Shown: positions 23,686 to 36,554 of the stretch, piece by piece | How positions within the stretch are numbered: position 1 is the first letter of the stretch | Layout of the letters: each line of letters starts with the position of its first letter | Source of the DNA: Octopus sinensis | Lineage: Eukaryota | Direction: 5' to 3' | Assembly (NCBI RefSeq): GCF_006345805.1 | Contig: NC_042997.1 | Coordinates: 191,952,001-192,016,000 of the forward strand | Length of the DNA: 64,000 nt | Notes under the pieces: generated by a model | Seen by the model: only the letters and a program-made list of their open reading frames with translations | What the model was told of the DNA's origin: nothing | The model's database searches: none | Translations under genes and position numbers: made by a program

Positions 23686-24750
23686 TTGACTGAGGTTACC
23701 GTGGTCTTTTCCGTAGGCTTTTCTTTCCACGGATAAACCTTATCTGTTTTCCCCTTTACACTTTACATCATGACATTTCTGTGATACACGTGATCCTTAT
23801 TGATGGTTTTTTTACGATCCCTTTTGATCGAAAACCTACCCTCCCCTTTTTTTCTCCCCCAAAAGAAAAACTCTATTTTGTAATTTGTTCCCTCTGAGTT
23901 CAGCCCTGTGTGGCTAATAAAGAAACATATCTATCTATCTGTGCAGTGTCCAGCAATTTCCCACCTGTGGGCTTATGTCGAACGACTGCTGTCACTGTGG
24001 GACGTGTCGGTTTATCAGCCGAGTCTATCGTTAATATCGTCACGCCTCCTTCCTTCAAACGGAAGGAAGATCTATTTTTTATCATACTTGTGGCTATTGC
24101 GAAAGAATGTATCTGGTGACGCGTCTGAAAGGATTAGAGACAAAAATTTCCTCTCTGGTCAATCTCTCATCAACTTCTTCATTATCACTTGAAGAAAAAG
24201 TGAGAGTATAGAGGCAAGTTTTGTCTAGTGAATGTTTTAAAAAAGATGGGTGAAAGTAGCAAGAATGGCACGTATGAATGACGAAGCCACTTGACTATGA
24301 TCTATGAACCGTAAAATTAATACAGAGAGTTGCTTATTTGCAAAAAAAAAAAAAAAAAAAAGAAATATACATGTGACTTCATTGACCGAGGTTACCGTGG
24401 TCTTTTCCGTAGGCTTTTCTTTCCACGGGTAAACCTCACCTGTCCCCCCCTTTACACTTCATATTGACATTTCTGTGATAACGATCCCTATTGATCAATT
24501 TTTTTTTCCTCCCCCTTTTTTTTTAACCCCCCCTTTTTTTTTTTTTTGTCCTCTTTCTCTCCTTTTACGATCCCTTTTGATCGACCCCCCTTTTTATTTT
24601 ATTTTTATTTTATTTTATTTTTTTTTTTCTTATTTTTTATTTTTTTTTTTATTTTGTTATTTTTTATTTTTTTTTTTAAACCTTCAAAAGAAAGCTCTAC
24701 CTTGTAATTTGTTCTATCTGTGTGCAGCCTGTGTGGCTAATAAAGAAACA

Positions 24751-24790
<40 letters not shown>
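23686..24790 (+). repeat. Two diverged direct copies (23686-23940, 24381-24790) of an element ending aataaagaaacat(atct)n
   Basis: Shared start attgac[t/c]gaggttaccgtggtcttttccgtagg and shared end gtgtggctaataaagaaacatatctatct. Confidence 0.75.
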
Positions 24791-24824
<34 letters not shown>

Positions 24825-25149
24825 CATATATACACACAAATGCACAAGAGAAGGGGAACAGAGACAGGAGAGAGAGAGAGAGAGAGGGGGAAATAGATAG
24901 ATAGAGAGGGAGAGAGAGGGGGAGAGAGAGAGAGAGAAGAGAGGAAGAGGGAAAAAGCAGAAGATGAACAAAAGGCAAAAAAAAAAACAAAAAAAAACAA
25001 ACCAAAAAGTTGTTATAGGTAACCCGTGAACATATATATATATGCTGTAATTTTGTATATGTTATTTCTTTAACATTATCTCTCTCCTCTTCTCGGGTAG
25101 TAAGCAAGGTGGAGCAAGCTTACCCTAACCCATACACCCCCCGACCCTC

Positions 25150-25157
25150 TGACGTCA
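25150..25157. promoter_or_regulatory. Full CRE palindrome TGACGTCA, ~140 bp upstream of the Mp20-like start codon (putative promoter)
   Basis: Exact motif in unique sequence just upstream of exon 1. Function is inferred only. Confidence 0.4.
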
Positions 25158-25289
25158 GCGCAACTGGTTCCCAGAACCGCTGCCTGCTAGCCAGTGTTTC
25201 ACTTTACTTTCAGCTGCAGCAGGACCGCAATCGTCTCTGTTCTTTAAGTCGGCAGTAGTACGTTTTAATAGCATCTCTGCATCATCACT

Positions 25290-25301
25290 ATGGCTTCCAA
25301 G
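25290..25301 (+). CDS. Mp20: Mp20/myophilin-like gene, coding exon 1 (M-A-S-K)
   Basis: ATG GCT TCC AAG|gtaaag with an in-frame upstream stop (TAG 25269-71). A phase-0 join to exon 2 gives MASK|RNAEKEKEALDWIEAI, matching my recollection of Drosophila Mp20 (IASKRNPEMDKEAQEWIEAI). Confidence 0.7.
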
Positions 25302-25629
25302 GTAAAGTGATAAAACAGTTTTTTTTTTTTGTTTTTTTCCCTTTAATTTTTACGTCTATTTGTGTGTGTGTGTGTGTGGTGTGTGTGTGTGTGTTACTTA
25401 TCTGTTCTTGTGTGCGTAGGTGTTCCCACCTCTCTCTCTCTCTGTCTCTCTGTCTCTCTCTCTCTCTCGCTGTCTCTCTCTCTCTCTCTCTCTGTCTCTC
25501 TCGCTCTGTGTATGTGTGATGACATGTGCAAGATCTTACTATATTGTGTCTATTGTGTCTGTTTGAACTTTGCCATTTCGTCCACTCAGAAATTAATTAT
25601 TGGAAATAATATGAATATATATATATTTA

Positions 25630-25630
25630 C

Positions 25631-25661
<31 letters not shown>

Positions 25662-25706
25662 TGTATGTATGTATGTATGTATGTATGTATGTATTATATA
25701 TGTATA

Positions 25707-25795
<89 letters not shown>

Positions 25796-25796
25796 G

Positions 25797-25830
<34 letters not shown>

Positions 25831-25866
25831 TATATGTAATATATATGTATATATATATATTATGTA

Positions 25867-25908
<42 letters not shown>

Positions 25909-26135
25909 CTATATATACATATATATATTATATATCATATATTATACATATATATATGTGTATATAAATAATATATATATATATATAATATATATATATA
26001 TATATTCATGAACATGTAGTGTGTGTGCGTGTATGTAAGTATGTATGTGTATATATATACTCACATCATACATACATACATACATACATACATACATACA
26101 TACATACATACATACACACATACATACATACATAC
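25630..26135. repeat. (TATG)n/(TA)n/(CATA)n microsatellite block
   Basis: Direct reading. Confidence 0.95.
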
Positions 26136-27128
26136 GAGATGAAGCAAATATAAATAAGACAAATAAATGACATTGCAATGTTTATTTATGTTTGGCTGAG
26201 GACACCGAGACCAGATAAGAATATATTTTTACTTCCTTTTTACACTGTCGCTTCAACGACACACCTAGTTAAAGCGAGTTCACAATCTTTTTTTCCAAAA
26301 CGTCCCAGGAAAACTCACGAACTTCATAATTTCTGTTTCCCCTTCTTCAATATAATCCAAGCTGCTGCCAATCTATTTACGGAACCAGGCTTTCTCTAAG
26401 TGCTTCTCCACCCACCTGATGATGGCTGTTAATATTGCATTTCCCGCTGTTGAGTTTTTGACATTCCGCTACGTATGCAATTAAAGCTGCCTGCTACCTG
26501 TTTACTTTATCTCTCTGCTCACTTTAACCTTCACAATATATCATGAAGGTTAATACCAGATACCAGACATATTAAAAAGGGTATTTAAAGCGAGGGGACC
26601 GACCTTTATCAAGATTCTGTAATTGTTTCTTGGGGCTTGCTATAATGATGTTAACTCTCAGAAACAGGTAAAAAAAAAAAAAATGAATGTGTGATGTTCG
26701 TTTGTTAAAAGTGCAGGTAAAGCGAAAATTGAAGCTGCACAGGTCGATGGCACTTTCTCCATAAAGTTTGTACGTGTCAACCGCTTAATATTTAAGCATC
26801 CTTATCAGACTCCAGACGAGTTTCTTGCGACTCGTTGCAAAGATGTTAACTCTTAGAAAAATCGGAAACGTGAATATGTGATGTTGGTCCAATAACAACA
26901 TAGATGAAAAGAAAATCAAAACAGTATTGATATGCCGACGACCGCTTTGTTCAAAGCCTCCCTTGACCTCAAGTGGCCTGAACTCTTTACATGAACACCA
27001 CCCTGTACTTAACTCCATGTCCTCCTACATGGCCTTGCTTTTTGCTTTTGAGCCAAAATTAACTAACTAACTAACTAACTAACTTTCTCTGCAGAATTTG
27101 GAGTAGTTTAGCTTGAGTATGCGTCCCC

Positions 27129-27243
27129 TAGGGCAGCCCTTGATTTTTCCGCCCACCATCGGGTCCCCAAGCCTTTTCAGGCTTATGCAGCAGACTCCAA
27201 AGCACAGATACCATAAAAACGTCGCCCGAGGCCGACTGCCCTA
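27129..27243. mobile_element. Possible small hAT-like MITE
   Basis: TAGGGCAGCC / GACTGCCCTA inverted ends (9/10). Flanks GCGTCCCC and GCTTCGCC match 6/8. Confidence 0.3.
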
Positions 27244-27747
27244 GCTTCGCCTTGCCTGCCTCCTAGCTGTGTTACTGAGAGTTTGTTAGTGTCAACCGCT
27301 CAAGTGGGCGTCGTTCAGTACTTGCACCGTTTACTGCGATATTACAGTGAATAAGCAAGCACGCAAGATTCTTAGCTCAAGGAGATCAGGTGAACGAAAA
27401 CAAGATGCTATAGATATTTAAGAATGTTTTCAAGTGGCAGGAAGTAATTAAGACCCCCGGCCGAGCCTTAATTCTACTTTACTCAGTTTCCACTATTTAT
27501 CATGGTAATATAGAGAAGATTAACGCTTAAGTGGTATCTTTACATAGCTTTATCAAAGCCAACACCTCAATCGATATCCACGTACAAGTAAACCAGCCGA
27601 CAAGGAAGCCTCTGTGCAGACGCGCGATCTACAAGAAATAGCAACCAAATTCCTTCAAACGCACACGAGCTAATGAGAGACCTTTATGTGGTTGACGGAT
27701 CAGTACTAGAAATCACAGTTTAACCTCTTTAAAAATGACAATATAAA

Positions 27748-28350
27748 GGTGGCGAGCTGGCAGAAACGTTAGCACGCCGGGCGAAATGCTTAGCAGTATT
27801 TTGTCTGCCGCTACGTTCTGAGTTCAAATTCCGCCGAGGTCGACTTTGCCTTTCATCTTTTAAGGGGTCGATTAAATAAGTATCAGTTACGCACTGGGGT
27901 CGATGTAATCGACTTAATCCGTTTGTCTGTCCTTGTTTGTCCCCTCTGTGTTTAGCCCCTTGTGGGTAATAAAGAAACAGGTATTTCGTCTGCCGCTACG
28001 TTCTGAGTTCAAATTCCGCCGAGGTCGACTTCGTCTTTCATCCTTTCGGGGTCGATAAATTAAGTATCAGTTACGGACTGGGGTCGATCTAATCGACTTA
28101 ATCCGTTTGTCTGTCCTTGTTTGTCCCCTCTGTGTGTAGCCACTTGTGGGCAGTAAAGAAATAGGTATTTCGTCTGCCGCTACGTTCTGAGTTCAAATTC
28201 CGTCGAGGCCGACTTTGCCTTTCATCCTTTCGGGGTCGATTAAATACGTACCAGTTACGCACTGGGGTCGGTATAATCGTTCTTAATCCGTTTGTCTGTC
28301 CTTGTTTGTCTCCTCTGTGTGTAACCCCTTGTGGGAAATAAAGAAATAAG
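27748..28350 (+). mobile_element. SINE family A with three ~184-bp units
   Basis: Units start at 27796, 27981 and 28165. Confidence 0.9.
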
Positions 28351-30814
28351 ATATATAAGAAACAAGATAGTTGTTCATGGGTGGAAGGCCTTTGATGTAA
28401 ATCTGCCCATTAATGTGCAGACCTGGGTCAGATTTCATTGAGGAAGACTAGTAGACATTCATACACACAAGTCTCCCATCCAAGCCATCAATGTTTGATA
28501 TTTATTCAAGGGAAGGGTAAAGTTACTAACTTGGGCCGATACAGCTGGCACTAGTGTTGTTACAGGTGCTACTGTGAGAACACAAAGGACCAGGAAAGAT
28601 ACCGCAAAGCACCTCGCCCGGCACTTAAAACAGTTTTGCCGATCGACCGTCCTGAATTGGCAATTATTTTATCGACACCGAAAAGATGTAAGATATAGTT
28701 GCCATCGACCAATGAAGTCGGAACAAATACGGCAAAGCATTCTATCTAACGCCCTAATGACTCTGCTTATTCGCTTGCTGACCTGGAGGTACACAACAGG
28801 TAGGAATGAGCACCACTTCTACTTCTGATGAGTTCGAATTTAGCCGAAGTCAACTTTATATTTCATTCTTTCGGGGATCTATAAAATAAGTACCAGTGAT
28901 GCACTGGGGTCGATGTAATCAACTAACCCTCCCTCTTAAAAAAAAACTGCCAGCTTTGAGTCAAAATTAAAAAGAATTATTTTTTTGTTCTGATCGGGGT
29001 AGAATACAGAGAATTGTTGGGGCTTTGGAGAAAGAAAACAATGCCAAGTGGTATTTGTTCCAAATCTTTAGATCCTGAGTTCAAATACTGCCGTGGTCAA
29101 TTTTGCCATTTCTCCTTTCGAGGTCGATAAAGTACTAATCAAGTACGGGGGTGGATGATATCGCCTAACCTCCACTTCTCAAATTTGTTGGCCTTTTGCC
29201 AAACTCAGGAATCATTATTTATATCTCTGATATTCCGCTGAGGTCGACTTTACATTTCATACTTTCGGGATAAATAAATAAGCACTAGTTGAACACTGGT
29301 GTTGTTAAAATCGACTTAACCCCCCCTCCTAAAGTCGCTGGCCTTGTACCAAAATTTGAAACCAATATCTATTTGCAGTAGGGTAGCGAGCTGGCAGAAT
29401 CGTTAGCACGTCGGACAAATGCTTAGCGGCATTTCGTCCGTCTTTGCGTTCTGAGTTCAAATTCTGCCGAGCTCGACTTTGCCTTTCATCCTTCCGGTGC
29501 CAATAAATTAAGTACCATCACTTAATTTGCTGATCTTGTGCCAAAATGTGAAATCAATATTTATATCTCTGATCTATTTGCTCATTAATCTCAATGCAAT
29601 ATTGGTGCACGTTCGAACTTAATTAAAAAAGAAAGTAAATTCGGGTTAGATTTTCGAGCTTCCAAGACTAACACCATTAAGTCCAATGGTAAGCTTGGAT
29701 TTTAATCTCGCTACTGACTTTATAATACGCTCACCTTTCTTATTCAGTACTTCTTCCTAATTCATGTAATGTCTCTAAGCTTTAAATAGACTGGCTGATA
29801 TTTTAAGACTATTATTACATAACACTATTGTTTATTACCACTTTTCATGAAGTTAAAAATGCTACTTCTGGAAAGTGCCAATCCAAACTACTTTTAGTAA
29901 GCTGTGTACTATACACATCCACACCCACTCATTGCACCTGCTTTTCTTTCTCCAAAAATTCATATCGTATTTCACTTCCTTCCTACACTTCTGGTAGATG
30001 GCAAATTAGTAGAGTCGTTAGAAAAAATGGCGCCCGGTATTTATTGCAGCGCCTTTCGCTCGAAATTTGAACCCGACTGAGGTTCGCTTTAGCTTTTTAT
30101 TCTTTTGATAACTAAAGTTTTAGAGTCTAGGGCAGTGGACTGGTAGTCTTTGTTCCGGTTCTTTGCGTTCTGAGTTCAAAACCTACCGTGGCTTTCTTGG
30201 CTAGTAGACTTAACTTGTCGCTCGGTTTAACGCTATCACCTAGCTCTTGAGTGCTTATAGCTGAGTCGACTCTGTTGTAAGCATTCAGGTAGGGTCTGCG
30301 AAGTGAAGTGCCTCCTCCGCTCTAGTCTCAGAGACCTATTAAAAGGTCAGAGCCACTGCCCCATCTCTCTTAAATAACTATCAAAATCTCTCCCTTACCA
30401 GACATTGTACAAGTTTTTAAAATTTTAAGCGATCGATCTGCAGAAGTGGACATTGAACATAAACCACATTAAAATCACAAATACGACTGTCTCTTGGCAA
30501 GAGTTACCGACCTTTTCTATCTTTCTCAAAATAAATGATTGTTTCAAATTTTGGCACAAAGCCAGCAACTATATTGACTCCGAAAGGATGAAAGACAAAG
30601 TCGACCTCGGTGGAATATGAACTCAGAACGCAAAGAGCCGGATGAAATGCCGCTAAACATTTTGTTCGATGCGCTAACTCTTCTACTAGCTCTGTCTTCC
30701 TCAGACTAAATAATAAAGGAATTTTATCATAAAATTAATTAGGCATCATATTTTTGTTGTCTAATTCATGAGAAGGATTGATTCCAAAATATTGGTATTT
30801 GCTGTGAATCATTT

Positions 30815-30970
30815 ACGTGGCTGTGTGGTAAGTAGCTTGCTTACCAACCACATGGTTCTGGGTTCAGTCCCACTGCGAGGCACCTTGGGCAAGTGTCTTC
30901 TACTATAGCCTCGGGCCGACCAAAGCCTTTTGAGTGGATTTGGTAGACGGAAACTGAAAGAAGCCCGTCG

Positions 30971-31007
<37 letters not shown>

Positions 31008-31200
31008 TTGATGTTCCCCCAACATCGCTTGACAACCGATGCTGGTGTGTTTACGTCCCCGTAATTTAGCGGTTCGGCAAGAGAGACCGATTGAATAAGT
31101 GCTAGGCTTACAAAGAATAAGTTCTGGGGTCGACTGGCTCGACTAAAAGCGGTGCTCCAGCATGGCCGCAGTCAAATGACTGAAACAAATAAAAGAATAT
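30815..31200 (+). mobile_element. SINE family B, near full length
   Basis: Head gtggctgtgtggtaagtagc, tail gaaacaaataaaaga. Confidence 0.85.
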
Positions 31201-31798
31201 TCATACACATTCGCTATTGTAATCTTCAGATGTGGGCGATAAGCTTCGCAGTGTGGAAGCGAACTCCCAGCTGACTATGATTTGGTATCAATTCTCAGTT
31301 GTCCGTTGTACTTCATATACATTTATATACATTATTAATGTCATTGAGAAATGCATGCCCGCCACATACTCCCACTGCATTTGTCTAGTGAATATAAATA
31401 AAAAAAAACAAGAGTTTTAAATATACGCGAACACTGTGATGAAGTTCATAATTCGGTTTCAATTCCCAGGTAGTAACACCTCACTGCGTCGATAATTCCC
31501 CCAAGAAAAGCATGAACGTCACAACTTTAACATTATTGACCTCTCAAGGCTATGAAAGTTTGTAATGTTTGTTATAGATGAAAGTGAATCAGATGAGTTG
31601 CTCTATTTGACTAACTTACGTTTCGGCTTTCAAAGTTGGTCTGATGTCAATTGGCTTTTTTCCTCTCAAGTTTCCATTTAAATAAAAACCAGAAATATAC
31701 TGTGGTTAATTCAACAGAATGTATTCACCTTGCTATGTAAAAAAGTTTCCCTGTATGATGAAACGAAATTAATTCTAGAGGAAAGTTGAAAAAACGTG

Positions 31799-32163
31799 GG
31801 ATCTTTTTGGTTTGAACGGCAGTTTTTTCTAGCGGTGTCGTATGAAATTGTCACCCATAATTATGACCCTAGAATCGATCTATTGCATTTCAATCTATTT
31901 TAGGGTTAGGGTTAGGGTTAGGGGTGGGGGAAGGGTATCTTTTTTTCTTCACAAATGTAAATAAACCCAATCTGTTTCTTAAATGAGGGACATATTCATA
32001 CGGCACAGAATGCTTTTTAACTCAATAGACGTCACTGATTGGTTGAAATTGCAGAAATTGAAGGAAAAAAACAACAAATATCTTACAAACTATAGAATTT
32101 TCTCAATAAAGCTAAGAGAAAACGATGTTTTATAAACACATTCTACCAGTATACGAAAGATCC
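31799..32163. mobile_element. GGATC-ended MITE family member with internal (TTAGGG)3 and an 8-bp TSD
   Basis: ggatctttt...aaagatcc. TSD AAAACGTG / AAAACATG. Shares its core with 19366-19664. Confidence 0.75.
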
Positions 32164-33512
32164 AAAACATGATATACTAAATAACTATATTATGAATAAT
32201 AGTTACATTTCTGGATTCAATAAACTTCCATTTTTTTAATCTTCCAGGTGTTGAAGAAATAGTAGAGCACCCAATACTTTTCTTAATCACGATTGGTTTT
32301 TATCTTTATTGATAAAATTTGATCCATTATCATACCAGGATCGATATTATTGATCTATACGCCAATAGTACAAACTAGGGTTTGCACTCACACTAAAAAT
32401 ATCAATACCTCAAGTTCAACTAAATATTTTTGTTAATAAATTAAATGTTAATTTTAAATTGAATAAAAGTTAAGACCATATAAGTGTTTTAATAAGGAAA
32501 ACGGAAAGAAAATTCCAAACTAATTTTGATCACAGATACCAAAAGAACAATTATGGTCAATAAAATTGTTTGACTGCGGCCATGCTGAAGCACCACTTTA
32601 AGTAAAGACTAGGTTCTACCGAGACTTAAATTCGGATTGCTGGATTCAAAGTCCAGAGTGCTAACCATTATACCATAGAACCACTTCGATGTGAATAAAT
32701 TTTCAGAAAATCTGTTATACTCCGATAGGAGGTAAGCTGTATACCCATGACGTCTAAACCGCCCCACTAACAATAATCAGCTTCACAGTTCTTACGAATT
32801 ACATTTTATTAACATATTTTTACAGGAAGAAAAGAAAGACAAAAAAATTTAAAGTATAAGAGATCAAATTACAGAGGCAACCCCCCACTCCCATAACTAC
32901 CTCACCAAGAAAACAAAGAAAAAGAAAAAAGAGGTGGGGGAGTAACGAGTAGTACACCCCAGAACAAATGGCGTGTTCAGCCGCGTCCCGCGGCTGTGAC
33001 ATAGATAACAGGGGAACAAGGGGAAGCGACCGCTACACACAGACACATTTTTCAAAACTGGCGTCTTTTCAACAATTGTTTTAGCACTTTAGTTCACTTG
33101 TACAAAGAAAGTCGAATCTCTTCTGTTTTGTTTTGTTTTTTTCGTTAATTGCACAGTCTTGGAAGAACTTTCTGGAGTCATTTCTTTATTTGACCAACCT
33201 CCCATGTTTTTGGATTGTCTGCACAATCTCCTGTAATGCGTTGGTGGCCGCTGACATTTGAAGAACCAGAGCAAACCCTGACGTCATAACTTCTTGACAC
33301 TGAACGAGCCCAGGGAGTTTCTTTTTCACGTCATACCTATATCAGTAGTTAAGTTTCACTCATAATAGCATTGTTACTGAAACATGAAATTAATGAATGT
33401 AGAATGCAATTACGTATATTATAACTAATGAAATATTTCGTGTAATGTCAGAGAAATGAGTTTAAAATTGCTTGGTATGTGTCACGGCGCCTTTTTTTTA
33501 TGTGCTCGTTCC

Positions 33513-33600
33513 CCCTTCTTCTTCTTCTTCTTCTTCTTCTTCTTCTTCTTCTTCTTCTTCTTCTTCTTCTTCTTCTTCTTCTTCTTCTTCTTCTTCTTCC
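33513..33600. repeat. (TTC)n microsatellite
   Basis: Direct reading. Confidence 0.95.
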
Positions 33601-33669
33601 AATCAGGACTCGCGTCATTAGCCACAAAGAATAATCTCTAATTCGAGTCTACTCTAAGCTTCTAAGAAT

Positions 33670-33912
33670 GCGTGTGGCAACTTGAAGATCCACCCAACAC
33701 ACGCGATAGACTGGCGGTTGCACGGGCGCGAAAGCTACGTTGTTATCGGTGAAAGAGTACAGAGAGGTTCACCACCTCTCTCCGCCGGAGCCTCGTGGAG
33801 CTTAGGTGTTTTTGCTCAATAAACACTCACAATGCCCGATCTGGGAATCGAAACCGCGTTCTTACGACCGCGAGTCCGCTGCCCTAACCACTGGGCGATT
33901 GCGCCTCCACTG
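33670..33912 (-). mobile_element. SINE family D-like
   Basis: Head ggaggcgcaatcgcccagtggttagggcagcggactcgcgg...tttcgattccc. Confidence 0.7.
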
Positions 33913-34427
33913 GCGTTGCTGCAGTCGATGGCCAGCGACATTTACTGCAATAGCCACTGTCTTGAAGAAATCACTGGAAATGATCAGTGAAACAACACCA
34001 CAAATATTTGCTTTCCATTTAGAACTTTCGGAAAACTTTAAAATGATTATGGCATTGTCTTCTCTCATAAGTTGAACAAAATCAACTGGTCGAGTTGTCA
34101 AAATGGCGGGATACCGTACGAATGTTCAGTACTTCGTATCCAGTTATCGTCACTGCGTTGGGTTGCAAGCAGAGAAAGGTCATGGGTTATTTGTATGGAT
34201 TAACAGGTATATCGTGCAATCAAGTTCACTTTGCAATCATCGGGTTCTGTATTCGACTCCACTGCGCAGCACTGTGGATAAGTGTCGTCTGCTGTACCCT
34301 GGAAGTGTTAAATCAGCTGATCAGGGTACTTCAGTTCGAGCCTGTTCTCAATATAAGAATTACGTTAGCCAGCGTTGTGTCCTTTCTTTAGTTTGTAGGT
34401 TAACTTGTTCTCAGAAGAATAAGCAAT

Positions 34428-34435
34428 AACTACTC

Positions 34436-34511
<76 letters not shown>

Positions 34512-34514
34512 CAT

Positions 34515-34550
<36 letters not shown>
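34428..34550. repeat. (TAC)n microsatellite
   Basis: Direct reading. Confidence 0.95.
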
Positions 34551-34569
34551 AGAATCATCAACAAAGTAT

Positions 34570-34803
34570 TTATTTCTTTATTGCCCACAGGGGGCTAAAC
34601 ATAGAGGGGACAAACAAGGACAGACAAGGGGATTAAGTCGATTAGATCGACCCCAGTGCGTAACTGGTACTTATTTAATCGACCCCGAAAGGATGAAAGG
34701 CAAAATCGACCTCGGTGGAATTTGAACTCAGAACGTAACGGCAGACGAAATACCGCTAACCATTTCGCCCAGCGTGCTAACGTTTCTACCAGCTCGCCGC
34801 CTT
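34570..34803 (-). mobile_element. SINE family A, single unit
   Basis: Homology to other A copies. Confidence 0.85.
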
Positions 34804-35249
34804 ATCATCAGCAAAGTATTGATTGAAAAGAATAGATAGCATGGTGCCGTACGTTGCAGGTACCAAGGCCGCTAAGCATACAAGACTCCAGGAGTTCTGA
34901 CAAAAGCTGAGTCAAAAGAATTTGTCAGTACCATTCTCTGTCGATAATTGCACTTTTTCGGCCCTCCCATCCTTTACCCAGTCGGCGGAACACCTAAAAT
35001 GAAACAACTGGAAAGAAAGAGGGCTGTACTAGCACTTGGTCTGTATTCATTTCAAGAGAGTAGACTGGTGCTGTATGAAATGAAGTACTTTTCTACATTT
35101 CCCAAGGACACGACACGCCTCCTGATTCAGAATCGAATTCACGATGTTTATGACCGTGAGTCAAACGTCTTAACTACCAGGCCAAACGCGTTCACAAGCA
35201 GGAACTAACGGCACTGTGTGTGTGTGTGTGTGTCTTTTATCTTTTACTT

Positions 35250-36107
35250 GTTTCTATCATTGAACTGCGGCCATGCTGGGGCAACGCATTGAAGAGTTTA
35301 GTTGAGCAAATCGCCCCAGTACTCTTTTACTCTTTTACTTGTTTCAGTCATTTGACTGCGGCCATGCTGGAGCACCGCCTTTAGTCAAGCAAATCGACCC
35401 CAGGACTTATTCTTTGTAAGCTTAAATCTTATTCTATCGGTCTCTTTTGCCGACCCGCTAAGTTACAGGGACGTAAACACACCAGCATCGGTTGTCAAGC
35501 GATGTTGGGGGGACAAACACAGACACACAAACACATATTCACACATACATACATATATATACATATATACGACGGGCTTCCTTCAGTTTCCGTCTACCAA
35601 ATCCACTCACAAGGCTTTGGTCGGCCTGAGGCTGTAGCACAAGACACTTGCCCAAGGTGCCACACAGTGGGACTGAACCCGGAACCATGTAGTTGGCAAG
35701 CAAGCTACTTACTACACAGCCACTTTTTTTTGTTTTATAAAAGAAAAATAAATGTATACACACTTCAGGAAAGAAAAACACTGTATTTTGACTTGTGTAA
35801 GTATCTTTATAAATATAGATACATCTTTCGGTGTTTTATTAAACTGCGATAACACTGAATAAATTGCAATAATACTGAATGAAAATATTTACACAGATTT
35901 TTCCTTTCCTGAAGTGTGTATACACTTTTTTGGGCGGATTCTTATACATAGGAGTGGGTGAGTGGTAAGAAGCTTGCTTACCAGCCACATGGTTCCGGGG
36001 TTCAGTCCCACTGCGTTGCACCTTGGGCAAATGTCTTCTACTATAGCCTTGGGCCAACCAAAGTCTTGTGAGTGGATTTGGTAGACGGAAACTGAAAGAA
36101 GCCCGTC

Positions 36108-36144
<37 letters not shown>

Positions 36145-36260
36145 TGTATGTGTATGTGTGTATATATATGTGTGAATGTATTTGTGTGTCTATGTTTGTC
36201 CCGCCACTGTCGTTTGACAACCGATGTTGGTGTATTTACGTCCACACAGTTTCCGTCTAT
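35250..36260. mobile_element. Two SINE family B copies in inverted (head-to-head) orientation: 35250-35725 (-) and 35950-36260 (+)
   Basis: Heads face each other, about 225 bp apart. Confidence 0.8.
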
Positions 36261-36554
36261 CAAATTCACCCACAAGGAATTTGGTAACCCGGGTCTATGT
36301 ATGTGTGTATGTGTGTGTATATAATAGAAAACTCTTAGCAAAGGAGCCACACAGTGACGCTGAACCCGAAATCACTTGGTTGCAAAGCGAACATTCTTAT
36401 AGAACAGTGTTTCTCAAACTTTTTAATATCCAGGCCAGATTCAAAACCTAGATTTTTTGGAGGGCACCAAAAACAGCAAAACATGAGTCAAAGAATAATT
36501 TATTATATTTATAGAAGGAATTCCATCGGGAGCAGCCGGAAGGATGCTTATGGG

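Noticed and set aside
26687-26716. Alternative first exon ATG...CAG|gtaaag (MCDVRLLKVQ), phase 0
   Set aside because: Phase-compatible with exon 2, but with no similarity to Mp20-family N-termini. MASK at 25290 fits much better. Only RNA data could rescue it.
31900-31923. (TTAGGG)n here and (CCCTAA)n at 23557-23577 as interstitial telomeres
   Set aside because: Only 3-4 units. The 31.9-kb run is inside a TSD-flanked MITE and the other adjoins a repeat element.
33930-34430. Overlapping ORFs (79-108 aa) in a non-repetitive patch
   Set aside because: No recognisable motif in any frame and no convincing splice sites; possibly a decayed TE.
34770-34815. CTGATGA...GAAACGTT on the minus strand
   Set aside because: Created by flank sequence next to the SINE A head (gaaacgttagc). 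Helices I and II do not form in register.
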